From the human T2T-CHM13v2.0 reference genome, Homo sapiens, in the NCBI RefSeq assembly GCF_009914755.1, contig NC_060933.1: a DNA stretch of 64,000 bases. One strand, given 5' to 3'. This document shows positions 43,895-56,500 of this stretch, piece after piece. Within the stretch, counting starts at the first letter, position 1, and the number at the start of each line of letters is the position of its first letter. Below the pieces are notes generated by a model, which did not search any database, was not told the origin of the DNA, and was given only the letters and a program-made list of their open reading frames with translations. The translations under genes and the position numbers were made by a program.

Positions 43895-43925
43895 ATTCCA
43901 TTCCATTCCGTGTGCAATGGAATGG
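43895..43925. other. Strand-switch (inversion) junction inside HSat3
   Basis: Sequence reads ...ttccattccattCC|gtgtgcaatggaatgg...; pentamer polarity flips within a few bases. The intact version of the right-hand motif (gaacCCgtgtgcaatgg) is at ~46,242-46,258. Confidence 0.95.
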
Positions 43926-46900
43926 AATGGAATGGAATGGAATGGGTTCAACTAGAATGGAATGGAAAGGAATGGAATCAACCCGAGTGGAATGGCATGG
44001 AATGGAATGGAATGGAATGGAATGAAATGGAATGGAAGGGAATGGATTGAAATGGAATGGAATGGAATGGAATCAACCCGAGTGCAATGTAATGGAATTG
44101 AATGGAATGGAATGGAATGGAATGGAATGAATTCAACCCGAATGGAATGGAAAGGAATGGAATAAACCCGTGTGGAATGGCATGGAATGGAGTGGAATGG
44201 AATGGAATGGAATACTACGGAAGAGAATGGAATGGAACGAAATGGAATGGAATGGAATGGAATGGAATGGAATGGAATGAACACGTGAGCAATGGAATGG
44301 AATCGAATGGAATAGAATGGAATGGAATGGATTCAACTCGAATGGAATGGAAAGGAATGGAATCAACCCGAGTGGAATGGCATGGAATGGAATGGAATGG
44401 AATGGAATGGAACGGAATGGAATGGAATCAACTCGATTGCAAAGGAATGTAATGGAATGGAATGGAACGGAATTAACGCAAATAGAATGGAATGGAAAGG
44501 AATGGAACGGAATGGAATGGAAAGGAATGGAATGGAATCAATCTGAGTGCAGGGGAATGCAATGGAATGGAATGCAATGGAATGGAATGGAATGGAATGC
44601 AATGGAATCACCTCGATTGCAATGGGATGGAATGGAATGGAATGGAATGGAAGGGAATGGAATGGAATGGAATTAACCTGAACAGAATGGAATGGAATGG
44701 AATGGAATGGAATGGAATGCAATGGAATGGAATCAATCAACCCGAGTGCAATAGAATGCAGTGGAATGGAATGGAATGGAATGGAATGGAATGGAATGAA
44801 ATGGAATGGCAGGGAATGGAATGGAATCAACCCGAGTGAAAAGGAATGGAATGGAATGGAATGGAATGGAATGGAATGGAATGGATTCAACCCGAATGGA
44901 ATGGAAAGGAATGGAATAAACCTGAGTGGAATCGCATGGAATGGAATGGAATGGAATGGAATGGAATGGTACGGAATAGAATGGAATGGAACGAAATGGA
45001 ATGGAATGGAATGGAATGGAATGGAATCAACCTGAGTGCAATGGAATGGAGTGGAATGGAATGTAATGGAATGGAAACAACCCGAATGGAATGGAATGTA
45101 ATGGAGTGTAAGGGAATTGAATACAATCAATCCGAATGTAATGGAATGGAATGGAACGGAATGGAATGGAATGGAATGCAGTGGAATGGAATCAAACCTA
45201 GTGCAATGGAATGGAATGGAATGGAATGGAATGGAATGGAATGGAATGGAATGGATTGGATTCAACCCAAATGGAATGGAAAGCAATGGAATCAACCCGA
45301 GTGGAATGGCATGGAATGGAATGGAATGGAATGGAATGGAATGGAATGGAATGGTACAGAATAGAATGGAATGGAATGAAATGGAATGGAAGGGAATGGA
45401 ATGGAACGGAATGGAATGAAATCAACTCGATTGCAATGGAATGTAATGGAATGGAATGGAATGGAATTAACGCGAATAGAATGGAATGGAATGGAATGGA
45501 ACGGAATGGAATGGAATGGGATGGAATGGAATCAATCTGAGTGCAGGGGAATGGAATGGAATGGAATGCAATGGAATGGAATGGAATGGAATGGAATGCA
45601 ATGGAATCAACTAGATTGCAATGGGATGGAATGGAATGGAATGGAATGGAAGGGAATGGAATGGAATGGAATTAACCTGAACAGAATGGATTGGAATGCA
45701 ATGGAACGGAATGGAAGGGAATGGAATGGAATGGAATTAAGCTGAAGAGAATGGAATGGAATGGAATGGAACGGAATGGAATGGAATGGAATTGAATGGA
45801 ATGCAATGGAATGGGATCAACCCGAGTGCAGGGGAATGGAATGGAATGGAATGCAATGGAATGGAATCAATCAACCCGAGTGCAATAGAATGCAGTGGAA
45901 TGGAATGGAATGGAATGGAAAGTACCCGAATGGAAAGGAATGTAATGGAGTGTAAGGGAATTAAAAAGAATCAATCCGAATGTAATGGAATGGAAGGGAA
46001 AGCCATGGAATGGAATGGAATGGAATGGAATGAAATGGAATGGCATGGAATGGAATGGAATCAACCCGAGTTTAATGGAATGGAATGGAATGGAATGGAA
46101 TGGATTCAACCCGAATGGAATGGAAAGGAATGGAATAAACCCGAGTGAAATGGCATGGAAGGGAATGGAATGGAATGGAATGGTAAGGAATAGAATGGAA
46201 TGGAACGAAATGGAATGGAATGGAATGGAATGGAATGGAATGAACCCGTGTGCAATGGAATGGAATGGAATGGAATGGAATGGAATGGAATGGGTTCAAC
46301 TAGAATGGAATGGAAAGGAATGGAATCAACCCGAGTGGAATGGCATGGAATGGAATGGAAAGGAATGGAATGGAATGGAATGGAATGGAATGGAATGGAA
46401 TGAAATGGAATGGAAGGGAATGGATTGAAATGGAATGGAATGGAATGGAATCAACCCAAGTGCAATGTAATGGAATTGAATGGAATGGAATGGAATGGAA
46501 TGGAATGAATTCAACCCGAATGGAATGGAAAGGAATGGAATAAACCCGAGTGGAATGGCATGGAATGGAGTGGAAAGGAATGGAATGGAATACTACGGAA
46601 GAGAATGGAATGGAACGAAAAGGAATGGAATGGAATGGAATGGAATGGAATGAATACGTGAGCAATGGAATGGAATTGAATGGAATGGAATGGAATGGAT
46701 TCAACTCGAATGGAATGGAAAGGAATGGAATCAACACGAGTGGAATGGCATGGAATGGAATGGAATGGAATGGAATGGAACGGAATGGAATGGAATCAAC
46801 TCGATTGCAAAGGAATGTAATGGAATGGAATGGAACGGAATTAACGCAAATAGAATGGAAAGGAATGGAACGGAATGGAATGGAAAGGAATGGAATGGAA

Positions 46901-47150
46901 TCAATCTGAGTGCAGGGGAATGGAATGGAATGGAATGCAATGGAATGAAATGGAATGGAATGCAATGGAATCACCTCGATTGCAATGGGATGGAATGGAA
47001 TGGAATGGAATGGAAGGGAATGGAATGGAATGGAATTAACCTGAACAGAATGGAATGGAATGGAATGGAATGGAATGGAATGGAATGGAATGGAATGGAA
47101 TGCAATGGAATGGAATCAATCAACGCGAGTGCAATAGAATGCAGTGGAAT
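43910..47150 (-). repeat. ~0.87 kb segment duplicated at ~2.35 kb offset (43.91-44.78 kb vs 46.25-47.15 kb)
   Basis: gggttcaactag, ggattgaaatgg, aatactacggaagag (44211/46589), ttaacgcaaatag (44473/46841) and aatcacctcgattgc shared in order. Confidence 0.82.
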
Positions 47151-50100
47151 GGAATGGAATGGAATGGAAAGTACCCGAATGGAATGGAATGTAATGGAGT
47201 GTAAGGGAATTAAAAAGAATCAATACGAATGTAATGGAATGGAATTGAAAGGAAAGGAATGGAATGGAATGGAATGGAATGGAATGGAATGGAATGAAAT
47301 GGAATGGCATAGAATGGAATGGAGTCAACCCGAGCGCAATGGAATGGAATGGAATGGAATGGAATGGAATGGAATGGATTCAACCCGAATGGAATGGAAA
47401 GGAATGGAATAAACCCGAGTGAAATGGCATGGAAGGGAATGGAATGGAATGGAATGGTACGGAGTAGAATGGAATGGAACGAAATGGAATGGAATGGAAT
47501 GGAATGGAATGGAATGGAATGGAATGAACCCGTGAGCAATGGAATGGAATGGAATGGAATGGAATGGAATGGAATGGAATGGGTTCAATTCGAATGGAAT
47601 GGAAAGGAATGGAATCAACCCGAGTGCAATGGCATGGAATGGAATGGAATGGAATGGAATGGAATGGAATGGATTCAACCCAAATGGAATGGAAAGGAAT
47701 GAAATAAACCCGAGTGGAATGGCATGGAATGGAGTGGAATGGAATGGAATGGAATGGAATGGAATGGAATGGAATTAGCCCTAATAGAATGGAATGGAAT
47801 GGAATGGAATGGAATGGAAGGGAATGGAATGGAATGGAATGGAATAGAATTAACCCGAATAGAAAGGAATGGAATGGAATGGAAAGGAATGGAATGGAAT
47901 CAACTCGATTTCAATGGAATGGAATGGAATGGAATGGAATGGAATGGAAGGGAATGGAATGGAATGGAATGAAATTAACCCGAATAGAATGGAATGGAAT
48001 GGAATGGAATGGAATGGAATGCAATGGAATGGAATCATACGGAATGGAATGGAATGGAATGGAATGCAATGGAATGGAATGGAATCAACCCGATTGCAAT
48101 GGAATGGAGTGGAATGGAATGGAATGGAATGGAAAAAACCCGAATGGAATGGAATGGAAAGGAATCGAATGGAATCAACCTGAGTGCAGGGGAATGGAAT
48201 GGAATGGAATGCAATGGAATGTAATGGAATGGAATGCAATGGAATCAACCCGAGTGCAATGTAATGGAATCGAATGGAATGGAATGGAATGGAATGGATT
48301 CAACCCGAATGGAATGGAAAGGAATGGAATAAACCCGAGTGGAATGGCATGGAGTGGAGTGGAATGGAATGGAATGGAATAGAATGGAATGGTACGGAAT
48401 AGAATGGAATGGAACGAAATGGAATGGAATGGAATGGAATGGAATGGAATCAACCCGACTGCAGGGGAATGGAATGGCAATTGAAGGCAATGGAATGGAA
48501 TCATCCGGAATTGAATGGAATGGAATGGAATCAACTCGATTGCAATGGAATGGAATGGAATGGAATGGAATGGAATGGAATGGAATGCAATGGAATGCAA
48601 AGGAATGGAATGGAATTAACCCGAATAGAATGGAATGGAATGGAATGGAAGTAAATGGAATGGAAGGTAATGAACCCGTGTGCAGGGGAATGGAATGGAA
48701 TGGAATGCAATGGAATGGAGTCATCCGGAATGGAAAGGAAAGGAATGGAACGGAACCAACCCGTGTGCAATGGAATTGAAAGGAATGGAATGGAATGGAA
48801 TGGAATGGAATGGAATGGATTCAACCCGAATGGAATGGAAAGGAAGGGAAACAACCCAAGTGGAATGGCATGGAATGGAATGGATTGGAATGGAATGGAA
48901 TGGAATGCTACCGAATAGAATGGAATGGAACGAAATGGAGTAGAATGGAATGGAATGGAATGCAATCAACCCGAGTGCAATGGAATGGAGTGGAATGGAT
49001 TGGAATGGAATGGAAACAACCTGAATGGAATGGAATGAAATGGAGTGTAAGGGAATTGAATACAATCAAACCGAATGTAATGGAATGGAATGGAACGGAA
49101 TGGAATGGAATGGAATGGAATGGAATGCAGTGGAATGGAATCAAACCAAGTGCAATGGAATGGAATGCAATGGAATGGAATGGAATGGAATCGATTCAAC
49201 CCGAATGGAATGAAAATGAATTGAATAAACCCGAGTGGAATGGCATGGAATGCAAAGGAATGGAATGGAATGGTACGGAATAGAATGGAAAAGAACGAAA
49301 TGGAATGGAATGGAATGGAATGGAATGGAATGGAATGGAATCAACCCGAGTGCAATGTAATGGAATTGAGTGGAATGGAATGGAATGGAATGGATTCAAC
49401 CCGAATGGAATGGAAAGGAATGGATTAAACCCGAGTGGAATGGCATGGAGTGGAGTGGAATGGAATGGAATGGAATGGAATGGAATAGAATGGAATCCAC
49501 CCGAGTGCAGGGGAATGGAATGGAATGGAATGCAATGGAATGGAATCATACGGAATGCAATGGAATGGAATGGAATGGAATCAACCCGATTGCAATGGAA
49601 TGGAGTGGAATGGAATGGAATGGAATGGAAACAACCCGAATGGAATGGAATGTAATGGATTGTAAGGGAATTGAATAGAATCAATACGAATGTAATGGAA
49701 TGGAATGGAACGGAATGGAATGCAATGCAATGGAATGGGATCAACCCGAGTGTAATGGAATGGAATCGAAAGGAATGGAATGGAATGGAATGGTTTCAAC
49801 CCTAGTGGAATGGAAAGGAATGGAATCATCCCGAGTGGAATGGAATGGAATGGAATGGAATGGAATGGAATGGAATGGAATGCAATGGAATGGAATGGAA
49901 TGGAATGGAATGCTGTGGAATGGAATCAAACCTAGTGCAATGGAAAGGAATGGAATTGAATGGAATGGAATGGATTGGATTCAACCCAAATCGAATGGAA
50001 AGCAATGGAATCAACCCGAGTGGAATGGCATGGAATGGAATGGAATGGAATGGAATGGAATGGAATGGAATGGAATCAATTCGATTGCAATGGAATGGAA

Positions 50101-50519
50101 TGGAATGGAATGGAATGGAATGGGTTCAACTCGAATGGAATGGAAAGGAATGGAATCAACCCGAGTGGAATGGCATGGAATGGAATGCAATGGAATGGAA
50201 TGGAATGGAATGGAATGCAATGGAATGGAATGGAATGGAATGGAATCAACCCGAGTGCTATGTAATGGAATTGAATGGAATGGAATGGAATGGAATGGAA
50301 TGGAATGGATTCAACCCGAATGGAATGGAAAGGAATGGAATAAACCCGAGTGGAATGGCATGGAATGGAGTGGAATGGAATGGAATGGAATGGAATGGAA
50401 TGGAATGGAATGGTACGGAATAGAATGGAATGGAACGAAATGTAATGTAATGTAATGGAATGGAATGGAATGGAATGAACCCGTGTGCAATGGAATGGAA
50501 TGGAAAGGAATGGAATGGA

Positions 50520-53500
50520 ATGGAATGAACCCGCGTGCAATGGAATGGAATGGAATGGAATGGAATGGAATGGAATGGAATGGATTCAAGTCGAATGGAA
50601 TGGAAAGGAATGGAATCAACCCGAGTGGAATGGCATGGAATGGAATGGAATGAAATGGAATGGAATGGAATGGAATGGTACGGAATAGAACGGAATGAAA
50701 CGAAATGGAATGGAGTGGAATGGAATGGAATGGAATGGAAAGGAATGGAATGGAATCAACCCGAGTGCAGGGGAATGGAATGGAATGGAAGGCAATGGAA
50801 TGCAATCATCCGGAATTGAATGGAATGGAATGGAATGGAATGGAATCAACTCGATTGCAATGGAATGTAATGGAATGGAATGGAATGGAATTAACCCTAA
50901 TAGAATGGAATGGAATGGAATGGAAGGGAATGGAATGGAATGGAATGGAATGGAATTAACCGGAATAGAATGCAATGGAATGGAATGGAATGGAATGGAA
51001 TGGAATGGAATGGAATGAAATGGAATCAACTCGATTTCAATGGAATGGAATGGAATGGAATGGAATGGAATGGAATGGAATGGAATGAAATTAACCCGAA
51101 TAGAATGGAATGGAATGGAATGGAATGGAATGGAATGGAATGGAATGGAATGGAATGGAATAGAGTGGAATGGAATGGAATGGAATAGAATGGAATCCAC
51201 CCGAGTGCAGGGGAATGGAATGGAATGGAATGCAATGGAATGGAATCATACGGAATGGAATGGAATGGAATCAACCCGATTGCAATGGAATGGAGTGGAA
51301 TGGAAAGGAATGGAATGGAAACAACCCGAATGGAATGGAATGGAATGGAATGGAGTGTAAGGGAATTGAATAGATTCAATACGAATGTAATGGAATGGAA
51401 TAGAACGGAATGGAATGCAATGGAATGGAATGGAATCCAATGGAATGGGTTCAACCCGAGTGCAATGGAATGGAATCGAAAGTAATGGAATGGAATGGAA
51501 TGGATTCAACACGAATGGAATGAAAAGGAATGGAATCAACGCGAGTGGAATGGAATTTAATGGAATGGAATGGAATGGAATGCAGTGAAATGGAATCAAA
51601 CCTAGTGCAATGGGATGGAATGGAATGGAATGGAATGGATTAGATTCAACCCAAATGGAATGGAAAGCAATGGAATCAACCCGAGTGGAATGGCATGGAA
51701 TGGAATGGAATGGAATGGAATGGAAAGGTACGGAATAGAATGGAATGGAACGAAATGGAATGGAATGGAATGGAATGGAATGGAATGGAATGGAATGGAA
51801 TAGAATGGAATCCACCCGATTACAGGGGAATGGAATGGAATGGAATGCAATGGAATGGAATGGAATGGATTCAACCCGAATGGAATGGAAAGGAAAGGAA
51901 TAATCCCGAGTGAAATGGCATGGAAGGGAATGGAATGGAATGGAATGGTACGGAGTAGAATGGAATGGAACGAAATGGAATGGAATGGAATGGAATGGAA
52001 TGGAATGAACCCGTGAGCAATGGAATGGAATGGAATGGAATGGAATGGAATGGAATGGGTTCAACTCTAATGGAATGGAAAGGAATGGAATCAACCAGAG
52101 TGGAATGGCATGGAATGGAATGGAATGGAATGGAATGGAATGGAATGGATGCAACCCGAATGGAATGGAAAGGAATGGAATAAACCCGAGTGGAATGGCA
52201 TGGAACGGAGTGGAATGGAATGGAATGGAAGGGAATGGTACGGAATAGAATGGAATGGAACGAAATGGAATGGAATGGAACGGAATGGAATGGAATGGAA
52301 TGGAATGGAATGGAAAGAAGCCGTGTGCAATTGAATGGAATCGAATGGAATGGAATGCAATGGAATGGATTCAACTAGAATGGAATGGAAAGGAATGGAA
52401 TCAACCCGAGTGGAATGGCATGGCATGGAATGGAATGGAATGGAATGGAATGGAAAGGTACGGAATAGAATGGAATGGAACGAAATGGAATGGAATGGAA
52501 TGGAATGAATGGAATGGAATGGAATAGAATGGAATCCACCCGATTTCAGGGGAATGGAATGGAACGGAATGCAATGGAATGGAATGGAATGGATTCAACC
52601 CGAATGGAATGGAAAGGAATGGAATCAACCCGAGTGGAATGGCATGGAATGGAATGGAATGGAATGGAATGGTACGGAATAGAATGGAATGGAACGAAAT
52701 GGAATGGAATGGAATGGAATGGAATGCAATGGAAAGGAATCAACCTGAGTGCAATGGAATGAAGTGGAATGGAATGTAATGGATCGGAAACAACCCAAAT
52801 GGAATGGAATGTAATGGAGATTAAGGGAATTGAATACTATCAATCCGAATGTAATGGAATGGAATGGAACGGAATGGAATGGAATGGAATGGAATGGAAT
52901 GGAATGGAATGGAATGGAATGAAATGGAATGGCAGGGAATGGAATGGAATCAACCCGAGTGCAAAGGAATGGAATGGAATGGAATGGAAGGGAATGGAAT
53001 GGAATGGATTCAACCTAAATGGAATGGAAAGGAATGTAATAAACCTGAGTGGAATGGCATGGAATTGAATGGAATGGTACGGAATAGAATGGAATGGAAC
53101 GAAATGGAATGGAATGGAATGGAATGGAATGGAATCAACCTGAGTGCAATGGAATGGAGTGGAATGGAATGTAATGGAATGGAAACAACCCGAATGGAAT
53201 GGAATGTAATGGAGTGTAAGGGAATTGAATACAATCAATCCGAATGTAATGGAATGGAATGGAACGGAATGGAATGGAATGGAATGCCGTGGAATGGAAT
53301 CAAACCTAGTGCAATGGAATGGAATGGAATGGAATGGAATGGAATGGAATGGAATGGAATGGAATGGATTGGATTCAACCCAAATGGAATGGAAAGCAAT
53401 GGAATCAACCCGAGTGGAATGGCATGGAATGGAATGGAATGGAATGGAATGGAATGGAATGGTACAGAATAAAATGGAATGGAACGAAATGGAATGGAAT

Positions 53501-56500
53501 GGAATGGAATGGAACGGAATGGAATGGAATCAACTCGATTGCAATGGAATGTAATGGAATGGAATGGAATGGAATTAACGCGAATAGAATGGAATGGAAT
53601 GTAATGGAACGGAATGGAATGGAATGGGATGGAATGGAATCAATCTGACTGCAGGTGAATGGAATGGAATGGAATGCAATGGAATGGAATGGAATGGAAT
53701 GGAATGCAATGGAATCAACTAGATTGCAATGGGATGGAATGGAATGGAATGGAATGGAAGGGAATGGAATGGAATGGAATTAACCTGAACAGAATGGAAT
53801 GGAATGGAATGGAACGGAATGGAAGAGAATGGAATGGAATGGAATTAACCTGAACAGAATGAAATGGAATGGAATGGAACGGAATGGAATGGAATGGAAT
53901 GGAATGCAATGCAATGGGATCAACCCGAGTGCAGGGGAATGGAATGGAATGGAATGCAATGGAATGGAATCAATGAACCCGAGTGCAATAGAATGCAGTG
54001 GAATGGAATGGAATGGAATGGAAAGTACCCGAATGGAATGGAATGGAATGGAGTGTAAGGGAATTAAAAAGAATCAATCCGAATGTAATGGAATGGAATG
54101 GAACGGAATGGAATGGAATGGAATGGAATGGAATGGAATGGAATGGAATGGAATCAACTCGATTGCAATGGAATGGAATGGAATGGAATGGAATGGAATG
54201 GAATGGAATGGAATGGAATTAACCCGAATAGAATCGAATGGAATGGAATGGAATGGAATGGAATGGAATGGAAGGGAATGGAATGTAATGGAATGGAATG
54301 GAATTAACCCGAATAGAATGGAATGGAACGGAAAGGAAGGGAATGGAATGGAGTGTAATCAACTCGAGTGCAGGGGAAAGCAATGCAATGGAATGAAATG
54401 GAATGGAGTCATACGGAATGGAAGGGAATGGAATGGAATCAACCAGAGTGCAATGGAATGGAGTGGAATGGAATGGAATAGAATGGAAACAACACGAATG
54501 GAATAGAATGTATTGGAGTGTAAGGGAATTGAATAGAATCAATCCAAATGTAATTGAATAGAACGGAAAGGAATGGAATGGAATGGAATGGAATGGAATG
54601 GAATGGAATGAAATGGAATGGCATGGAATGGAATGGAATCAACCCGAGTTCAATGGAATTGAATGGAATGCAATGGAATGGAATGGAATGGAATCAACTC
54701 GATTGCAATGGAATGGAATGGAATGGAATGGAATGGAATGGAATGGAATTAACCCTACTAGAATGGAATGGAATGGAATGGAATGGAATAGAATGGAATG
54801 GAAGGGAATGGAATGGAATGGAATGGAATGGAATTAACCCGAATAGAATGGAATGGAATGGAATGGAATGGAATGGAATGGAATGGAATGGAATGGAATG
54901 GAATCAACTCGATTTCAATGGAATGGAATGGAATGGAATGGAATGCAATGGAAGGGAATGGAATGGAATGGAATGCAATGGAAGGGAATGGAATGGAATG
55001 GAATGAAATTAACCCGAATAGAATGGAATGGAATGGAATGTAATGGAATGGAATGGAATGGAATGGAATAGAATGGAATCCACCCGAGTGCAGGGGAATG
55101 GAATGGAATGGAATGCAATGGAATGGAATCATACGGAATGGAATGGAATGGAATGGAATGCAATGGAATGGAATGGAATCAACCCGATTGCAATGGAATA
55201 GAGTGGAATGGAATGGAATGGAATGGAAACAACCCGAATGGAATGGAATGTAATGGAGAGTAAGGGAATTGAATAGAATCAATACGAATGTAATGGAATG
55301 GAAAGGAACGGAATGGAATGCAATGGAATGGAATGGAATGCAATGGAATGGGATCAACCCGAGTGAAATGGAATGGAATCGAAAGGAATGGAATGGAATG
55401 GAATGGTTTCAACCCGAATGGAATGGAAAGGAATGGAATCAACCCGAGTGGAATGGAATGGAATGGAATGGAATGGAATGGAATGGGTTCAACTCCAATG
55501 GAATGGAAAGGAATTGAATCAACCCGAGTGGAATGGCATGGAATGGAATGGAATGGAATGGAAGGGAATGGAATGGAATGGAATTAACCTGAACAGAATG
55601 GAAGGGAATGGAATGCAACGGAACGGAATGGAATGGAATGGAATGGAATGGAATGGAAAGCAATGGAATGGGATCAACCCGAGTACAGGGGAATGGAATG
55701 CAATGGAATGCAATGGAATGGAATCATCCGGAATGGAATGGAATGGAATGGAATGCAATGGAATGGAATCAATCAACCCGAGTGCAATAGAATGCAGTGG
55801 AATGGAATGGAATGGTATGGAATGGAATGGAATGGATTCAACCCGAATGGAATGGAAAGGAAGGGAATCAACCCAAGTGGAATGGCATGGAATGGAATGG
55901 AATGGAATGGAATGGAATGGTACCGAATAGAATGGAATGGAACGAAATGGAATAGAATGGAATGGAATGGTATGGAAACAACCCGAATGGAATGGAATGA
56001 AATGGAGTGTAAGGGAATTGAATACAATCAATCCGAATGTAATGGAATGGAATGTAACGGAATGGAATGGAATGGAATGGAATGCAGTGGAATGGAATCA
56101 AACCTAGTGCAATGGAATGGAATGGAATGGAATGGAATGGAATGGATTCAACCCAAATGGAATGGAAAGCAATGGAATCAACGTGAGTGGAATGGCATGG
56201 AATGGAATGGAACGGAATGGAATGGAATGGAATGGAATGGTACGGAATAGAATGGAATGGAACGAAATGGAATGGAATGGAATGGAATGGAACGGAATGG
56301 AATGGAATCAACTCGATTGCAATGGAATGTAATGGAATGGAATGGAATGGAATTAACGCGAATAGAATGGAATGGAATGTAATGGAACGGAATGGAATGG
56401 AATGGGATGGAATGGAATCAATCTGAGTGCAGGTGAATGGAATGGAATGGAATGTAATGGAATGGAATGGAATGGAATGGAATGCAATGGAATCAACTAG

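Larger units (their letters stand above)
1..43909 (+). repeat. Satellite III (HSat3) array, CATTC on the top strand
   Basis: Continuous (CCATT)n with single-base variants (CCGTT, GCATT, CTATT, ACATT) and frequent ACTCGGGTTG / ATTCGGGTT spacers, the classical satellite 3 signature. Lacks the CATTCGATTC-dominated pattern of HSat2. Confidence 0.97.
33451..43909 (+). repeat. HSat3 sub-domain B
   Basis: Different marker set: catgccattccactcgggtt(g/t)attcc at high density, ccattgcacacgggttcattcc, cactaggtttgattcc, gccttcaattcc, ggattgattgtattcaattcc, gctttccattccatttgggttg. Domain A markers are absent. Confidence 0.72.

Noticed and set aside
43837-44050. Chimeric ORFs crossing the junction (IPFHS switching to MEWNG)
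   Set aside because: A by-product of the strand switch; useful only as a marker of the junction.
43000-44800. Fold-back sequencing chimera or perfect palindrome at the junction
   Set aside because: The immediate flanks are different sub-repeats, and matching inverted copies lie 1.2 kb or more away with substitutions and indels. Read support is still needed to exclude a mis-join.
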